Made by a program: the position numbers and the translations under genes
In this document: piece after piece, positions 48,901-59,700 of the stretch
How positions within the stretch are numbered: the first letter of the stretch is position 1
Layout: every line of letters starts with the position of its first letter
Notes under the pieces: model-generated
The model's input: the letters and a program-made list of their open reading frames with translations, nothing else
What the model was told of the DNA's origin: nothing
Databases searched by the model: none
DNA from: Nitrospinaceae bacterium
GTDB lineage: Bacteria; Nitrospinota; Nitrospinia; Nitrospinales; Nitrospinaceae
DNA length: 64,000 nt
Assembly: GCA_965223665.1 (NCBI GenBank)
Contig: OZ245011.1
Span: 512,001 to 576,000, forward strand
Direction: 5' to 3'

Positions 48901-50932
48901 GATTGATGAATCCAAGGAGATTACTATTAATTGGGATTTGATCATTACTTTAGGCCCACCAAAAACCACCTTTTTATGCATTGACATTGGAACATCGGCA
49001 ATCGCTTCGGTACTACTGGACACGACAGACCAGGCAACGAGTCCCCCAAAAGTTTTGCCTTTACATGATTTTCTTGATGAAGATAGAAGAAAAGAGCAAA
49101 GCCCTAATTTAATATCTTCAACTATAATGTTAAGCAATCAAATCGAAAAGGAGTCCGAGGAAGGGTATTTCCAATTATCGCCCCCTCCTTATGTGGAGCA
49201 ATCCAGTGCAAAGTATTTAGTACCTTATTTTAAAAAATTGGCGGGCTACCACAGTTTGCCTTCATCTATTTTCAATGAAGATTTTTACTGGTTCGATAAT
49301 CATGATAATAAAATAAAAGGTGCGCCAACAATTGAATCCATTTTTCTACGCCTGTTTAAAACCTTAATAGATGATTATTTTATTTCATATTTTAATGAAA
49401 ACAAAATGCTTTCGGTGATCCGGAAAGTTCTTATTACTATTCCCAATAATTTTTCAAGTTATCACCGAACCATCATTCGGAAAGGGTTTCTGGACGCATT
49501 AGGAGAGCGGTATAAACCCATTTTTCTAAGAAATCCGGAAATTGACATTGAATTTATCAGTGAATCTGATGCGGTGGTGTTCTACCACGGTTACAATAAT
49601 AAAACCAACATTCAAAAAAATTCCGAGAGGGGCAATGCTACTGAGCATGTAATTTGTTATGACATTGGAGCGGGAACATTAGATATCAGCTATGTTAAAG
49701 TGAATTATGCTCCTCAAACAGAACACCTGAGAAATGTAGAAATTTTAGGGAAAATGACCAGCGGTCAAGCAGGAAATTACATTGATTATTTAATTTGTGA
49801 TTGGATTTTAAAAAAATTAGGGCAGCCAAACATTTTATCCGAACAATTAGAGGGATCTTCTCTTAAATCTGCTGTAGAATTTCGCAACAGTGTTGAAGAA
49901 GAAATCAAAAAGGGTTACTCCACAAAGGACAGCGATACTAATCTTATCACTAATGATTGCAAAGCAAAAATTACTGAGTTTATTGAGGAAAAATTTAAGG
50001 GACATTCTCCAATTCCTCCAGAAAAAATTGAAGGCCTTAAATTAAGTCGAGAACAATTTGAAGAAGATATATTAGATTCTTTTATAGATGAAAATGGTTC
50101 CAAGCTTTTTGATTTCTTAATTGAATTGATCAATTTTGAACAAACTGCGGAAAGTGACCGAAAAATAATTGTCGACAGCCTTATTTTTTCTGGAAGAACT
50201 TCAAAGCTAAAATACCTCAGGGAAAAAGTAGAAGAGAAAGTCAGGAGCATTCGGCAGACAACCGGAGAATTAAAATCATTCCATATAGGAGGAGAGTCTA
50301 AAGTTGAAAACCTTGCCAATCTAAACGGAGGAGACCCCTCCAAACTGGCAGTTGCTCTGGGAGCAGCTTCTTACGCGAGAAATAAACTTGACCGGATAGA
50401 AAATTCTATCATAGAAGCTAAATCCCTAATGCAAGTGGGATTGATTGTTGATTGGACGCAAAACCCACACAAACCCCTTAAAGATTATATTCCTATTGTA
50501 GATTATTTGGATGTTAAGGAAAAAATAATCCATAGAGAAATTTCTGTCGTGGTAACTTATAAGAATGACGTCATAGATAATTGCACTATTAAAGATGAAA
50601 ATGGAAAATGCCTTGCAGAAAATGATGGCCCAATTATTGAGTTAATTCTTTGTCAAAACTTTTTGCCTGAAAGTGTTTTCCAAAATATCAAAAACTATTC
50701 TCAAGAATTAATTCATAATCTGTACACTCCGATTTATATATTTAGCCAAAATGAATTCAAAAGAAATCCTACTACTCCCGATAAAATTTGTATTAGCATT
50801 GATCTTGAGAAGTTTGACACCAAAATTACTCATAATGAAACGCCTACAATCCTTAAGGGAATTACGATGGATAATTTGAAAGGGGATGAGGGGTTCCATA
50901 AATCTGGTTGGCCATATTCAAAATGCAAATAA
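45926..50932 (+). CDS. Large membrane protein: signal/TM, vWA-like domain, TM, and C-terminal Hsp70-like ATPase domain
   Basis: N-terminal hydrophobic segment; IILMMDKT and ILILTHGD (degenerate vWA); TM near aa 420-440; from about aa 1016 CIDIGTS, ISESDA, YDIGAGTLD, AGNYID, FSGRTSK and AVALGAA. Confidence 0.8.
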   Translation: MNRKFKKFKSFIFLTMVLWLVANFLMPNVALPENPQSNDQHHIILMMDKTHYMNKGFKEDFSDEISQRLQIIFSKDLPNILTSSHNNRVLYNKEKDYLSIFPFGLTKWKPNLENNYFYDKCGNRRRPTLNNFQKNPTKSCTDLLSFKNVNPNEILPKYLQAFQNQNKKNKTSKNPFSRESAELPFAPYLGLYKSFIDSSKKYEFEKVKILILTHGDSHFEEVNSDFSNLSLIQKSEKLSSKKKKQFLKNSNFDFLKKIYKGIAKTLDVTKVDFTQSSLTEKGFQLWMYEVTPKPIKSSDLIISQLKDNQTALELPEDDNWELSLNVEVKNKDFDESETFPLTFHKVEADVQIPGSDTLDSLHVKSKTIKLRFSNAPPGSTLYLTYWFKSNFYPFFLIESERKEIALTTPSLFEKISRNWKSLTFWGILATCFFFILLRQILGDIKYKLNIHLVKKIPEIYAFESLQTSESENFLTIGKLKLERKGLMMSLAPAKIICKELSIKSTMIQQKRVGLNSYPCSAVKLYWSGGHPFKIIKGKLPAESFDLRLDYKELQKLKNTQNGDSNPFFPQNISISFSVSFEAKRRFWFSREPQKTLEQASFPIRLLPPVTGKSLETINLIEKTQFQKGLLPIGILTIRPEDMGHLFPNNQIFAFRLSNGNKSIPIFFKLNFNTSKVSSDLSALKEGAEPNTLEGNLNIETAFNEAETNKEILKTVLKVFQKQETFKEIENNINKGKETGILNPEVVFNQGAYLETRDFGKLMHCRFLTKKTLPILLYTDLSEIRNPADQMGLTLQKKSANALKSYGQAKGWIDLDEKLVITRNDEVTEFVWDFEDMEKNKVFKFSSNDTDPSIFSESTKMEVIYHARNWENLGNLPIGILQLGDKAVHGTGFVEISNMNVKIESEDIQWKASIDKNDSILFEGSSNQSDPLNLWSFEQKYQNCKISSESIRWEEYKLIIDRPAKYIENITKPDGVLTLKFNFNVRTVEEENKIDESKEITINWDLIITLGPPKTTFLCIDIGTSAIASVLLDTTDQATSPPKVLPLHDFLDEDRRKEQSPNLISSTIMLSNQIEKESEEGYFQLSPPPYVEQSSAKYLVPYFKKLAGYHSLPSSIFNEDFYWFDNHDNKIKGAPTIESIFLRLFKTLIDDYFISYFNENKMLSVIRKVLITIPNNFSSYHRTIIRKGFLDALGERYKPIFLRNPEIDIEFISESDAVVFYHGYNNKTNIQKNSERGNATEHVICYDIGAGTLDISYVKVNYAPQTEHLRNVEILGKMTSGQAGNYIDYLICDWILKKLGQPNILSEQLEGSSLKSAVEFRNSVEEEIKKGYSTKDSDTNLITNDCKAKITEFIEEKFKGHSPIPPEKIEGLKLSREQFEEDILDSFIDENGSKLFDFLIELINFEQTAESDRKIIVDSLIFSGRTSKLKYLREKVEEKVRSIRQTTGELKSFHIGGESKVENLANLNGGDPSKLAVALGAASYARNKLDRIENSIIEAKSLMQVGLIVDWTQNPHKPLKDYIPIVDYLDVKEKIIHREISVVVTYKNDVIDNCTIKDENGKCLAENDGPIIELILCQNFLPESVFQNIKNYSQELIHNLYTPIYIFSQNEFKRNPTTPDKICISIDLEKFDTKITHNETPTILKGITMDNLKGDEGFHKSGWPYSKCK

Positions 50933-53406
50933 TTCAAAAGTTTTTTTTAATTTTCATTTTTTTCCTCATTCTATTGGGAAACATACCTATTACAGAAGCA
51001 AATAAACAAGAACTTCAATCCAAGTATTTAGTTTTTTGGTACACGCAATTCTTATTTAATGAACAAAACCCAGAAAAAAAAATAAAGTTAGCAAATCCAA
51101 TCATTATTTTGAATTTTTTTAAAGTAGATTCAAAAGGTAATTTTTTTGAACGAAAAGAATTGGGATTTCACATAAAGAAAAAGAGTAAGAAAAATGAAAA
51201 AAGTATAATTGGAGGGGGTGCCGATCACGAGAGTTTTTATAAACTCCTTTTTGACGCTTCGGTCAAGGACAAAAAGACTTTAAATACTTTACAGAAAATC
51301 TTTAACTCGGGTTCCAAAAAAAAGATAAATATAAGCTCATATCTTTTAAGGTCTTTTTGGAAAAATTTATTCCAATATTTAAATCGTTCTAAAGACTATT
51401 CCGACTTAAAAAATAATTTTAATTTGCAAGTGTCCCCTGTTCTAGAGCCTCCAAACAAAAACTTTCAAAAAAACTTATTAAGCGAAAATAAAAAAAATAT
51501 TAATTGGTCGAATATCCAATTCCCCCGAGAGTTATTAGAAAAAAACAGTCCTGAATTTAAGAAACTTATTGAGGCCGCAAAAGAAAGGGAAAACACTCAC
51601 AAAGAACCCGAACCCGTTCAACCTAAAGAAATAGAATCCCAAGTCAACGACAACAACACGTCTCCTTTATTAGAGCAACCCAAAGCAGAAGTTCCCTTAA
51701 ATAAGGTAAAAAATTCTAAACCTTCCAACAAAATATTAATTTTTACTTTGATTGTTCTCATAATACTTTTGTGTTTTGCGTTGTTTCTTGTTTTCAAATT
51801 GAGGAAAAGAAACAATAGCTTAAAATTTAAAATCAACGGAATATTTTTAAATTTAAATTATTCGTCCAAGGGGCATGATCAACAAGAAATGAGGAAAAAC
51901 GTTGAAGAGGATAAAACCTATGATGAAAAATACGACTTAATAATATTTGAATTGAAACGTTTAAAAAACTTAGCTAACACCTCCAACTACCAGGAATTTA
52001 TTGACGAAGTAAAAAATCAACTTCAGTTCTCCAACTATTCTTATACCCAATGGGTCGATAGCTTTTCAGATCATGACCCAGCAAAAACTGTAGCTCGGAT
52101 ATTAGGACAACGAATTTTAAATTTACAGAATGAAGTTGATAATTTTAAATCTACAGAAAGCAAAATAACAGAAGAGATAAATGTCCTTTTAAATTCAAGC
52201 GAACCAGAGTTTTCAATTAGTTTTCAACATTTGCTAGATAGTCATAAAGAGTTAAATAAGGAATTAGGAAGCAAAGATAAATCCTTTCAAACTGAAAAAG
52301 AACAACTTAATATCGAAATTGATAAACTGCTGAAAGAAAATAAAGTGTTAGAAAATTTTGCATGCTTTATTAATAAGACGCAATCTCCTTATAAAATAGA
52401 AAAAGGATTGCCTAAATCAGATTCACCGAATTCTCAATCCCCCCTTGAACTTAATAAGTCTAATTCCATTATCACTAAGAAAATGAAACAAATTGTTTCC
52501 ATCCTTAAAGAGTGGGAAAAGCAACGATTGTTTCCCATGGCACTCCCTTCTGCGGAAATCCGCGAAGATTTTATTTTCGATGGGATACAAACAGGAGAGT
52601 ATCTTACAGATATTCAAAATTCCTTAAAAGAAAACCTCAAAATAGTAAAATCCAGGTACAAACAACTCGGTATTAGTCCTTTAGATTTAGATTGTCATTC
52701 ATCGAAGGAAGAAAGTGTTTTCAGTGAAATTAAAGAAAATATTCGTCGGTTAAATACAATTGTAAAATATTTAGCAGAGCACGATACAATCCTTACTGAC
52801 TTATCTTCGACTCAAAAAAAAATAAACAAATTTTACGAAAAAATTATTTGTTTGGATTATGATTCAGAGGAAATTTTTGTCGACGGAAATTTTAACGAAT
52901 TAAAATTTAAACATTGGACGTTTGAGCAATTAGATCCCATTTTACGACAACCTTACCGAGGATTACTCATTTTGTTCCAACGGTATTGTTATTTTTACCC
53001 AAAGGTTGATTCAAAGATGGAAAGTTTCCGAAAAGAAAGTCGCAAAAATATAAAATATGGAAATACTCCTGAAATCAGAACACTCATCCGGTTAGCCAAG
53101 GCCGAAGCCGTAAAAATTGCAGAAATGCTAGGAATTACCTATCACGAAATTGAAATTTTTGAAACAGCTTTCAACAATGAATCCCACAAACTGGATGGTG
53201 GAAATAATATACATGAATACCAAGAAGAATGGGTTCAATTTTTAAGATCGCAAATACAAGAGGGAAAGGAAGATTTATTTGAAAATCGAATTATTGGAAT
53301 CCAATCATTTGGTTTCCAATCTCGACTTGATGAAATTGCAGATGAAAAAAGCGTGGTTCAAATCTTTCAGAAAGCATATAAAGAAAATCTTTTAGGTACT
53401 AAATAA
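50923..53406 (+). CDS. Membrane-anchored coiled-coil protein with a weak GrpE-like C-terminus
   Basis: Signal peptide from ATG 50923, Pro/Glu-rich linker, TM (ILIFTLIVLIILLCFALFLVF), coiled coils and C-terminal MLGITYHEIEIFETAFNNESH...RIIGIQSFGF...KSVVQI. Confidence 0.65.
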   Translation: MQIIQKFFLIFIFFLILLGNIPITEANKQELQSKYLVFWYTQFLFNEQNPEKKIKLANPIIILNFFKVDSKGNFFERKELGFHIKKKSKKNEKSIIGGGADHESFYKLLFDASVKDKKTLNTLQKIFNSGSKKKINISSYLLRSFWKNLFQYLNRSKDYSDLKNNFNLQVSPVLEPPNKNFQKNLLSENKKNINWSNIQFPRELLEKNSPEFKKLIEAAKERENTHKEPEPVQPKEIESQVNDNNTSPLLEQPKAEVPLNKVKNSKPSNKILIFTLIVLIILLCFALFLVFKLRKRNNSLKFKINGIFLNLNYSSKGHDQQEMRKNVEEDKTYDEKYDLIIFELKRLKNLANTSNYQEFIDEVKNQLQFSNYSYTQWVDSFSDHDPAKTVARILGQRILNLQNEVDNFKSTESKITEEINVLLNSSEPEFSISFQHLLDSHKELNKELGSKDKSFQTEKEQLNIEIDKLLKENKVLENFACFINKTQSPYKIEKGLPKSDSPNSQSPLELNKSNSIITKKMKQIVSILKEWEKQRLFPMALPSAEIREDFIFDGIQTGEYLTDIQNSLKENLKIVKSRYKQLGISPLDLDCHSSKEESVFSEIKENIRRLNTIVKYLAEHDTILTDLSSTQKKINKFYEKIICLDYDSEEIFVDGNFNELKFKHWTFEQLDPILRQPYRGLLILFQRYCYFYPKVDSKMESFRKESRKNIKYGNTPEIRTLIRLAKAEAVKIAEMLGITYHEIEIFETAFNNESHKLDGGNNIHEYQEEWVQFLRSQIQEGKEDLFENRIIGIQSFGFQSRLDEIADEKSVVQIFQKAYKENLLGTK

Positions 53407-53512
53407 AATTTCCATATTTTTTTATTATTTTAAGTGATTAAAAATTTCAAAAAGGATGCCATTTTTGTATTTTGTAATCCTAAATTTCCCATAAATAAAT
53501 TTCTTCAAGCCA

Positions 53513-56500
53513 ATGGATTTTTTTTCACAATTGTTAACTTCAACACCGGGCCTAATCGTATTTACTGGTGGAGGACTTCTCTTTATCTGTTGTTGGTTGG
53601 ATCTCAAAGAAGATTCAGACAAATTTTCAATTAGAACTTATGCAGCACAATTAATTCCGTTCATTACTCTTTTTTTAGTTTTATTGGTTTCTTCACCCTC
53701 CTTGCAAGGGTTTCGTTTTTCGTACAATTATTTTTCCCTCCCATTTTCTGATGACCAAGGCGTAAAAATAGGCGGTAAAGGTAAAAATAGTTTTTTTTTG
53801 AAGGATAAAAAAACCTTTGAAAACACAAATGCATTGCTGTCCTACGTTCAGGTTTTTAAGGATGGTTCTATAGAAACAAACAATAATCAAGAAAAAGGGG
53901 ATTTTCTTCTTTTAGTGAACAAAATCCAATCAGGGAAGGATAACGGATATTTAGGAGGACATCGATTAAAAATTGGAGATATTATAAACGTTAAAAATTC
54001 TAATAATAAAAATTATCAATTAAAGTTTTCTAAAAATAAAGATGGAGATTATTATTTTCAATCGGCCCAACTAAAAAAAGATTATTTATTCGCCAAAACC
54101 AAGTCCAAGAGTTTTACATTAAAAAAAACCTGTCGACCATATTTTTCCAAGGGTAGAGCCTTATATTATTTAGATAATATCTTTCGGCAGATGAATGAAT
54201 CCGCTCAGTCTAGTCCCACTAATCTAAGAAAATTTTATAGAAGCATAATTTTTTGTGATCCAAACCTATCAAAAATTAACGATGGGAAAACGACAAATTT
54301 CATTTTTATCCCTAGAGATAAAGATGCGATCGTCATGGACTCACATAAGCCAATAGTTTCCTTGGAAATAAAATTTCCTGTTCAATTAAAAGTTTATAGA
54401 GTCAGTAAACCCCAAAGAAAGGACTTCGAGAAAATTTGCTATGGATGTTTTCATGGCAAATTAACCACTTACAATAAATTTGAACTTTCACAATCGAATT
54501 TATCTTCTGATTTCCTCCTTATTCGCCCTCAACCGACACCCTTTGTTTTTTTTCATACCGAAACTAAAAAGGAAAGTTTTCAAAATCCCACAATTTCATT
54601 TGGGGCAAAACTAGCAGCATCGAATTTGATCCTCTTAACTCCCTCAAAAGAATTTGAGGATTTCTCCTATAAAATTCACATCGACCGCAAGAAGAAAAAA
54701 ATTACATTCACTGGATCGAATGGTTCTTTATCCGCTAATTTTTCAGAAAATATTTTAATTCCTAAGGATGAAAACTCAGGGCAAATTAATTTAAAGTTTG
54801 AATTATTGGGGTTTCCTTGGTGGTTGATAGGCATCTATTTAGTATTTCTAGCTTTAAAATTATTTTTATTGTGGAATTTAAAATTAAATCCCTCAAAGAC
54901 TCTTTTATATAGCTTATTATCGATTGAATATTTTGTTTTTCTTAAACTTTTATTTTCTTTTAAGGCTTCATTTCTATCACCATATGATATAGAGCCATTA
55001 GAAATAGCAATATTGACTCTTTTCCTTTTTTTAGCAACGATATTAGTGGTACACACCTGGCTTAGTTTCTACTTATTGGTTACAGAAATCATTTTCGATG
55101 ATTTTGCCTCGTCAAAAACATCCAAGAGAAATGTTTATGTAAAGAATCTCTTTTTGAATTTAGGATTAAAATATCTTTTTCTTCTTATTGTTTTTATTGC
55201 GGCAGCTAAATCTCTTCTTTATTTCAAAGCGGGGGAGCACCCTCAGGTGCCGAGCACCCTTCAAGAAATTCTTTCACCAAGTATATTATTATGGATTTGG
55301 CCTCCTGCATTCTTTTTCACATGGGCATTCTCCTATAGTTTCTATAAAAAATTCCGCAATATTTATTTTCCAAAACTCTTTAGGTCAACTAATTCCCCTT
55401 TCAAAAAAATTCTAGAGCATCCTATCGTTGCTCGTATTCGAATAAAGGGAAAGAAACTACTAAAAATCAAAGATCCAAATCATCAACCCTTATTTGCTTC
55501 CATCGTTCAGTTATACCTTTTGCTATTTGTATGTTTTCTAGCCTGGAGTTTTGGAATTAGAGAAAGAATTTCCGGAATGTTCCAGCTTTCGATTATCATT
55601 GTTCCTCTATTCATATTTTTATTTGCGAAAGTGTTTTATAACACATTTTTAATATACTCAGCTGAATTAGAGAATAAGAGAGGAGAAAGCCAACCAAATA
55701 TTTTTCTAGAGTTTTTAATTTGGTTATTTTTTCCCTGCTTAGCATTTTATTCTCATTTAATTGATGATATTGGCCTTTTCGTTCTACTCTCGGTGCCAAT
55801 GATTTTTCTAGCCGTAGCACTAATTCTCGCAAAGTTTAATTTTGTCAAAACAAATTCGATTAGGATAATTATTGGGCAAGTCAAATTTATTCCACAAATT
55901 CTGGGGATTTTAATAATAAAAATAATCGATTGGTTCGCGAAATTATTTAAAAAAATTTTTCCGAACAACCTAGAAACATTTTTTATTTGGAAAAAACGTT
56001 TATTTTTGACGCATCTTCCTCAAATAAAAAAATATTTTTTTATCAATGGAATGATGTTTCTTTTTGTGGGATATATTTTATTTTTAATTTTCCCACAAAG
56101 CTTATATGGGGCATTCTTGTATGTCAAATCTTCTTTCCAAGAAAAACTAGAAATTGTAGAAACCCAACCACAAGGCGGCTTGGATAAAAAGAATTCATTT
56201 CTCGAAACTTTGATCGCTAGCACTGAAAACAAAATGCTTTATCGATTAGCATCTCAAAAAGACTTGGTATCCGCCAAAGGAGATATTAATTTTCAGGGGA
56301 TTGATGAACATTTGTTTTTATTGGAAAGCTATAGCCTTCCGGGAACACAAGTTTCTCAAGTTTTATTTGGAAATGGATACTTGCGAAATAGAATTCACCC
56401 GTCATTAAATAAAGTTGGTTTGAATGATAACGCTGTAGGAGTTTTCATGTTATCAGAATTCGGTTTATTTGGTTTTTTAGGATGTTTGATGGCTTTGGGG

Positions 56501-56776
56501 ATATTTGCCCTGGTTTGGGCTTTTAATATTAAACATTCTCCAAAAATAATTTTTCATGAATATTTGCGCTGGGTGATTTGCTTTTTTCTTTCCAGCGCAC
56601 TTATCATTTACGCTTTTTTATACATGACAGGTGTTAACTATAACGTTTGGCCATTAACTGGAAAAAATATTTATTTTTGGGGATTGAATTCAAAAAGTGA
56701 CTCCCTAGAAGCAATCTTATTATTTGGATTGCTCGTATTTTCTCAAATGTTACTTTCCAAAAAAATAGAACAATAA
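53513..56776 (+). CDS. Enlarged SEDS-family (FtsW/RodA/SpoVE-like) peptidoglycan glycosyltransferase
   Basis: Many TM helices; DDIG, LFGNGY, LNDNAVGVFMLSEFGLFG and WPLTGKNIYFWG parallel the SEDS motifs; soluble N-terminal insert of about 350 aa. Confidence 0.8.
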   Translation: MDFFSQLLTSTPGLIVFTGGGLLFICCWLDLKEDSDKFSIRTYAAQLIPFITLFLVLLVSSPSLQGFRFSYNYFSLPFSDDQGVKIGGKGKNSFFLKDKKTFENTNALLSYVQVFKDGSIETNNNQEKGDFLLLVNKIQSGKDNGYLGGHRLKIGDIINVKNSNNKNYQLKFSKNKDGDYYFQSAQLKKDYLFAKTKSKSFTLKKTCRPYFSKGRALYYLDNIFRQMNESAQSSPTNLRKFYRSIIFCDPNLSKINDGKTTNFIFIPRDKDAIVMDSHKPIVSLEIKFPVQLKVYRVSKPQRKDFEKICYGCFHGKLTTYNKFELSQSNLSSDFLLIRPQPTPFVFFHTETKKESFQNPTISFGAKLAASNLILLTPSKEFEDFSYKIHIDRKKKKITFTGSNGSLSANFSENILIPKDENSGQINLKFELLGFPWWLIGIYLVFLALKLFLLWNLKLNPSKTLLYSLLSIEYFVFLKLLFSFKASFLSPYDIEPLEIAILTLFLFLATILVVHTWLSFYLLVTEIIFDDFASSKTSKRNVYVKNLFLNLGLKYLFLLIVFIAAAKSLLYFKAGEHPQVPSTLQEILSPSILLWIWPPAFFFTWAFSYSFYKKFRNIYFPKLFRSTNSPFKKILEHPIVARIRIKGKKLLKIKDPNHQPLFASIVQLYLLLFVCFLAWSFGIRERISGMFQLSIIIVPLFIFLFAKVFYNTFLIYSAELENKRGESQPNIFLEFLIWLFFPCLAFYSHLIDDIGLFVLLSVPMIFLAVALILAKFNFVKTNSIRIIIGQVKFIPQILGILIIKIIDWFAKLFKKIFPNNLETFFIWKKRLFLTHLPQIKKYFFINGMMFLFVGYILFLIFPQSLYGAFLYVKSSFQEKLEIVETQPQGGLDKKNSFLETLIASTENKMLYRLASQKDLVSAKGDINFQGIDEHLFLLESYSLPGTQVSQVLFGNGYLRNRIHPSLNKVGLNDNAVGVFMLSEFGLFGFLGCLMALGIFALVWAFNIKHSPKIIFHEYLRWVICFFLSSALIIYAFLYMTGVNYNVWPLTGKNIYFWGLNSKSDSLEAILLFGLLVFSQMLLSKKIEQ

Positions 56777-56779
56777 ATC

Positions 56780-59700
56780 ATGGCCTATTCAAGTGATGAA
56801 AAACTTAATATTTCATTTTTAAAAAGGTGGTCGGTTCACTTGGCTGGCCTTCTTGTTATTTTTTTGTTGTTTAATTTACTGGTTTCTATCGGAAATAAAA
56901 TTTTCAAATTTGCAGCGAGTGATGAATCCACCCGATCTTATAATCCCACCGAGTATAACAAACTAGTTAATCATTTAATTGAAGACGAAAAAATTTGGTT
57001 GTTAAAAAACCAATTAGGCCGGGATGATCAATATAGAATTGCATATTTTCAATGTAAGCATTGCGATAAAAAAAATATCTCTATTCTTCATGAGATTCTT
57101 GAAGCACAAAATAGAAAACAGATTAAAATTCTCGCAACTGAGTTAACTGACAGTCATTTTAAGAAAAGATTACAAGCTTACTATAAACCATTTAATAAAG
57201 AAAAAATCAAAAAAGCTGTTAGGCAATATTTAAAAAACAAAGAAAATTCCTCTGAATGGAATGAAAATTTTCAACGTCTTATTCTAAAAAAAGATATAAA
57301 TGATTTTAATAATGGAACCACAGGTTTATTTAAAATAAGTGACGGTGAATTGAAGGCTATTGAACCAAAAAGTCATTCCATTCCAAAACCCACCCGAGTG
57401 ATTAACCGCTGGAAAGGCGATCTACTATTTAGACCAGAAAAAAATAGTTTTATTGAATTGAATGACCATCGAATTGTATTAATTCCGCCCTCTGGAAACG
57501 AGGTCCCAAAGTGTCTGCCCTTATCACTCAAAAATCTTCCCAGAACAGCAAACTGCATTATCTTTAAAAACATTGTCAAAATTGACTATGGGAAGTGTCT
57601 CGATACAGAAAAACAAAATTCTTTCTATATAATAAACCAATCCGAAGACCACGTTCTGAAAAGAAAGAAATCAAAAAACGAAACTAAGGACATAGAATAT
57701 TTGGGCAATACGTGCACCGTTTTTAATATTGATCGTAAAATGGAATTTACACTGGTTAAAAAAAATCAAAACAAAGAAATTATAAACATTAAATATTATC
57801 CTAATGGAAAAGGTGAAAAAATAAACATTATTCAAAACCAAAATGGCCGAGAAAAGAGAGTCCAATTGAATGATTCTTTTCCAATGAATAAAAACATTGC
57901 CACAGTAATTGATGAGTTAATCAAAACAGGAATCATTTCCCAAGATGACCTTACAATCGAAAAAATCAGTGGGACAGAACATCCCAATATCAATTTAACT
58001 TTGGACCCTTTGCTTCAGGAAAAGTTACAAAAAGAATTAAGTCATTATGCTTTAAACACAAAAATTATCTCAGAAAGACCTTTTAAAGGGTCCATTGCGG
58101 TGATGGATATAAAATCTGGAGATCTATTGGCCTTGGCAAGCTTTCCGGATCCAGCAACGATGGATACCTATAAAAATACTTTGAAATGGCGACAAAACCA
58201 TAAATTGGAATTATATGAAAATAACCAGAATTTCGAGCCGCATTTCATTGGATCTATTACCAAACCCCTATTAGCAGCCACCATATTGAATAAAATTCCT
58301 GATCTAGTTACTTTACGAATTGGAGATTATGGCAAACTTTCTTCCGCCGAAAAAATTCCGAAAGATAAAAAAAACAAATTTTATCCATCAAAAGATTTTC
58401 TGGGATTTCGGTTAAGCAAAGGGATTACTGACTCTTCTTTTCATTTTTATAATGTATCAAAACGAGGGGAATGCGATCGCGGAAGATTTCCAATTGGATT
58501 TCTTGAGTTTTTGAAATATTCAAGTAATCGGTACATGTTTAATCTTTTCTTTTTAGCTGTTGCCCATCAGCTACAAGGAAATCATTTATCTCTGGTAACA
58601 ACTAATCGGCCTTTAGAATGTGGAATAGTAAAGTTGAAGAATGAAACAATAGAGTATCAACCTCAATTTTCCCCATTTTTTGACACTTCGTATAAAAACC
58701 CCATTGTTAACTGGAACCAATTAAAATGGTTGGATGCTTCGATCCGTGAAAACTTTACAATTTTCCCTTCCAAAGATAGGAGAGATGGGGAGAAAGATGC
58801 AAAGCTTTCTAATACCCAAAAGCAGAATTTGAAAATTAAAATGTTAAAAATGGAAACGGATTATTCCCATTGGTTTTCGCTCATTAAAGAAGGTCTTTGG
58901 AGTAATTATGTTTTGAGACAATTCAAAGGAATTTCATATCCAAAAGTTCATTGGAAATTGCATTCAAATCACCACAACCGTCTTAACGATCTTCGAGATA
59001 TATTACTAGGGGCAGGAGAAAACAAATGGTCCAATATTGCCTTGGCAGAGATGTTTGCCACCCTGGTAACCGGAAAAAAGATTAATAGTAATCTGATTTT
59101 CTCTTCTAACGAAAATCACGATGATAACTCTTTCGATGAATTTAAACTGCAACCAGCTATTCGTGAAAAAATTTTGCAAGGTCTTTCATTAGTAATTATG
59201 CCCGATGGAAGACACAGATTTGGTAACCACGGGGGGGGGACAGCCAATTTGTTGTTCAATGAATTTTTTAAAACCAATTTTCCTATGCAAAATGTAAATA
59301 GGGCTATATCTAACTTTGGAAATTTAGAGTATAGAAAGTTAATTCGACGTCAACTAAATATGATGAGCCGAGCCACTTATAAATTTTATGGAAAAACAGG
59401 TACTTTTAACATAAAAAGTAGAAAACGTGGTAAAACACCTCCCTCAGGAGGTGCTTTTATTTTTGCGATTGTAAAATTAAAGAATCAAAAAAAATCTGTT
59501 TCAAAACCAATTAACAAACTTAACGCATCTATTTTAGAAAAGGCCACCGAAGTTTATGATAAAACACGACAACTCGCAAAAGATTTACTGAAAAAAGCAG
59601 AGGATCTCGTAAAAGAAAACAATAGTATTTATAAACAAGGTAACTCAAAACTGAAAATGAGCTATAACAATATTGATCGGGGAGTAGTTGTAGCTATTCA

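Noticed and set aside
44674-57865. Numerous 60-140 aa antisense or alternate-frame ORFs inside the island operon
   Set aside because: They are fully nested in long motif-bearing ORFs and are typical shadow frames.
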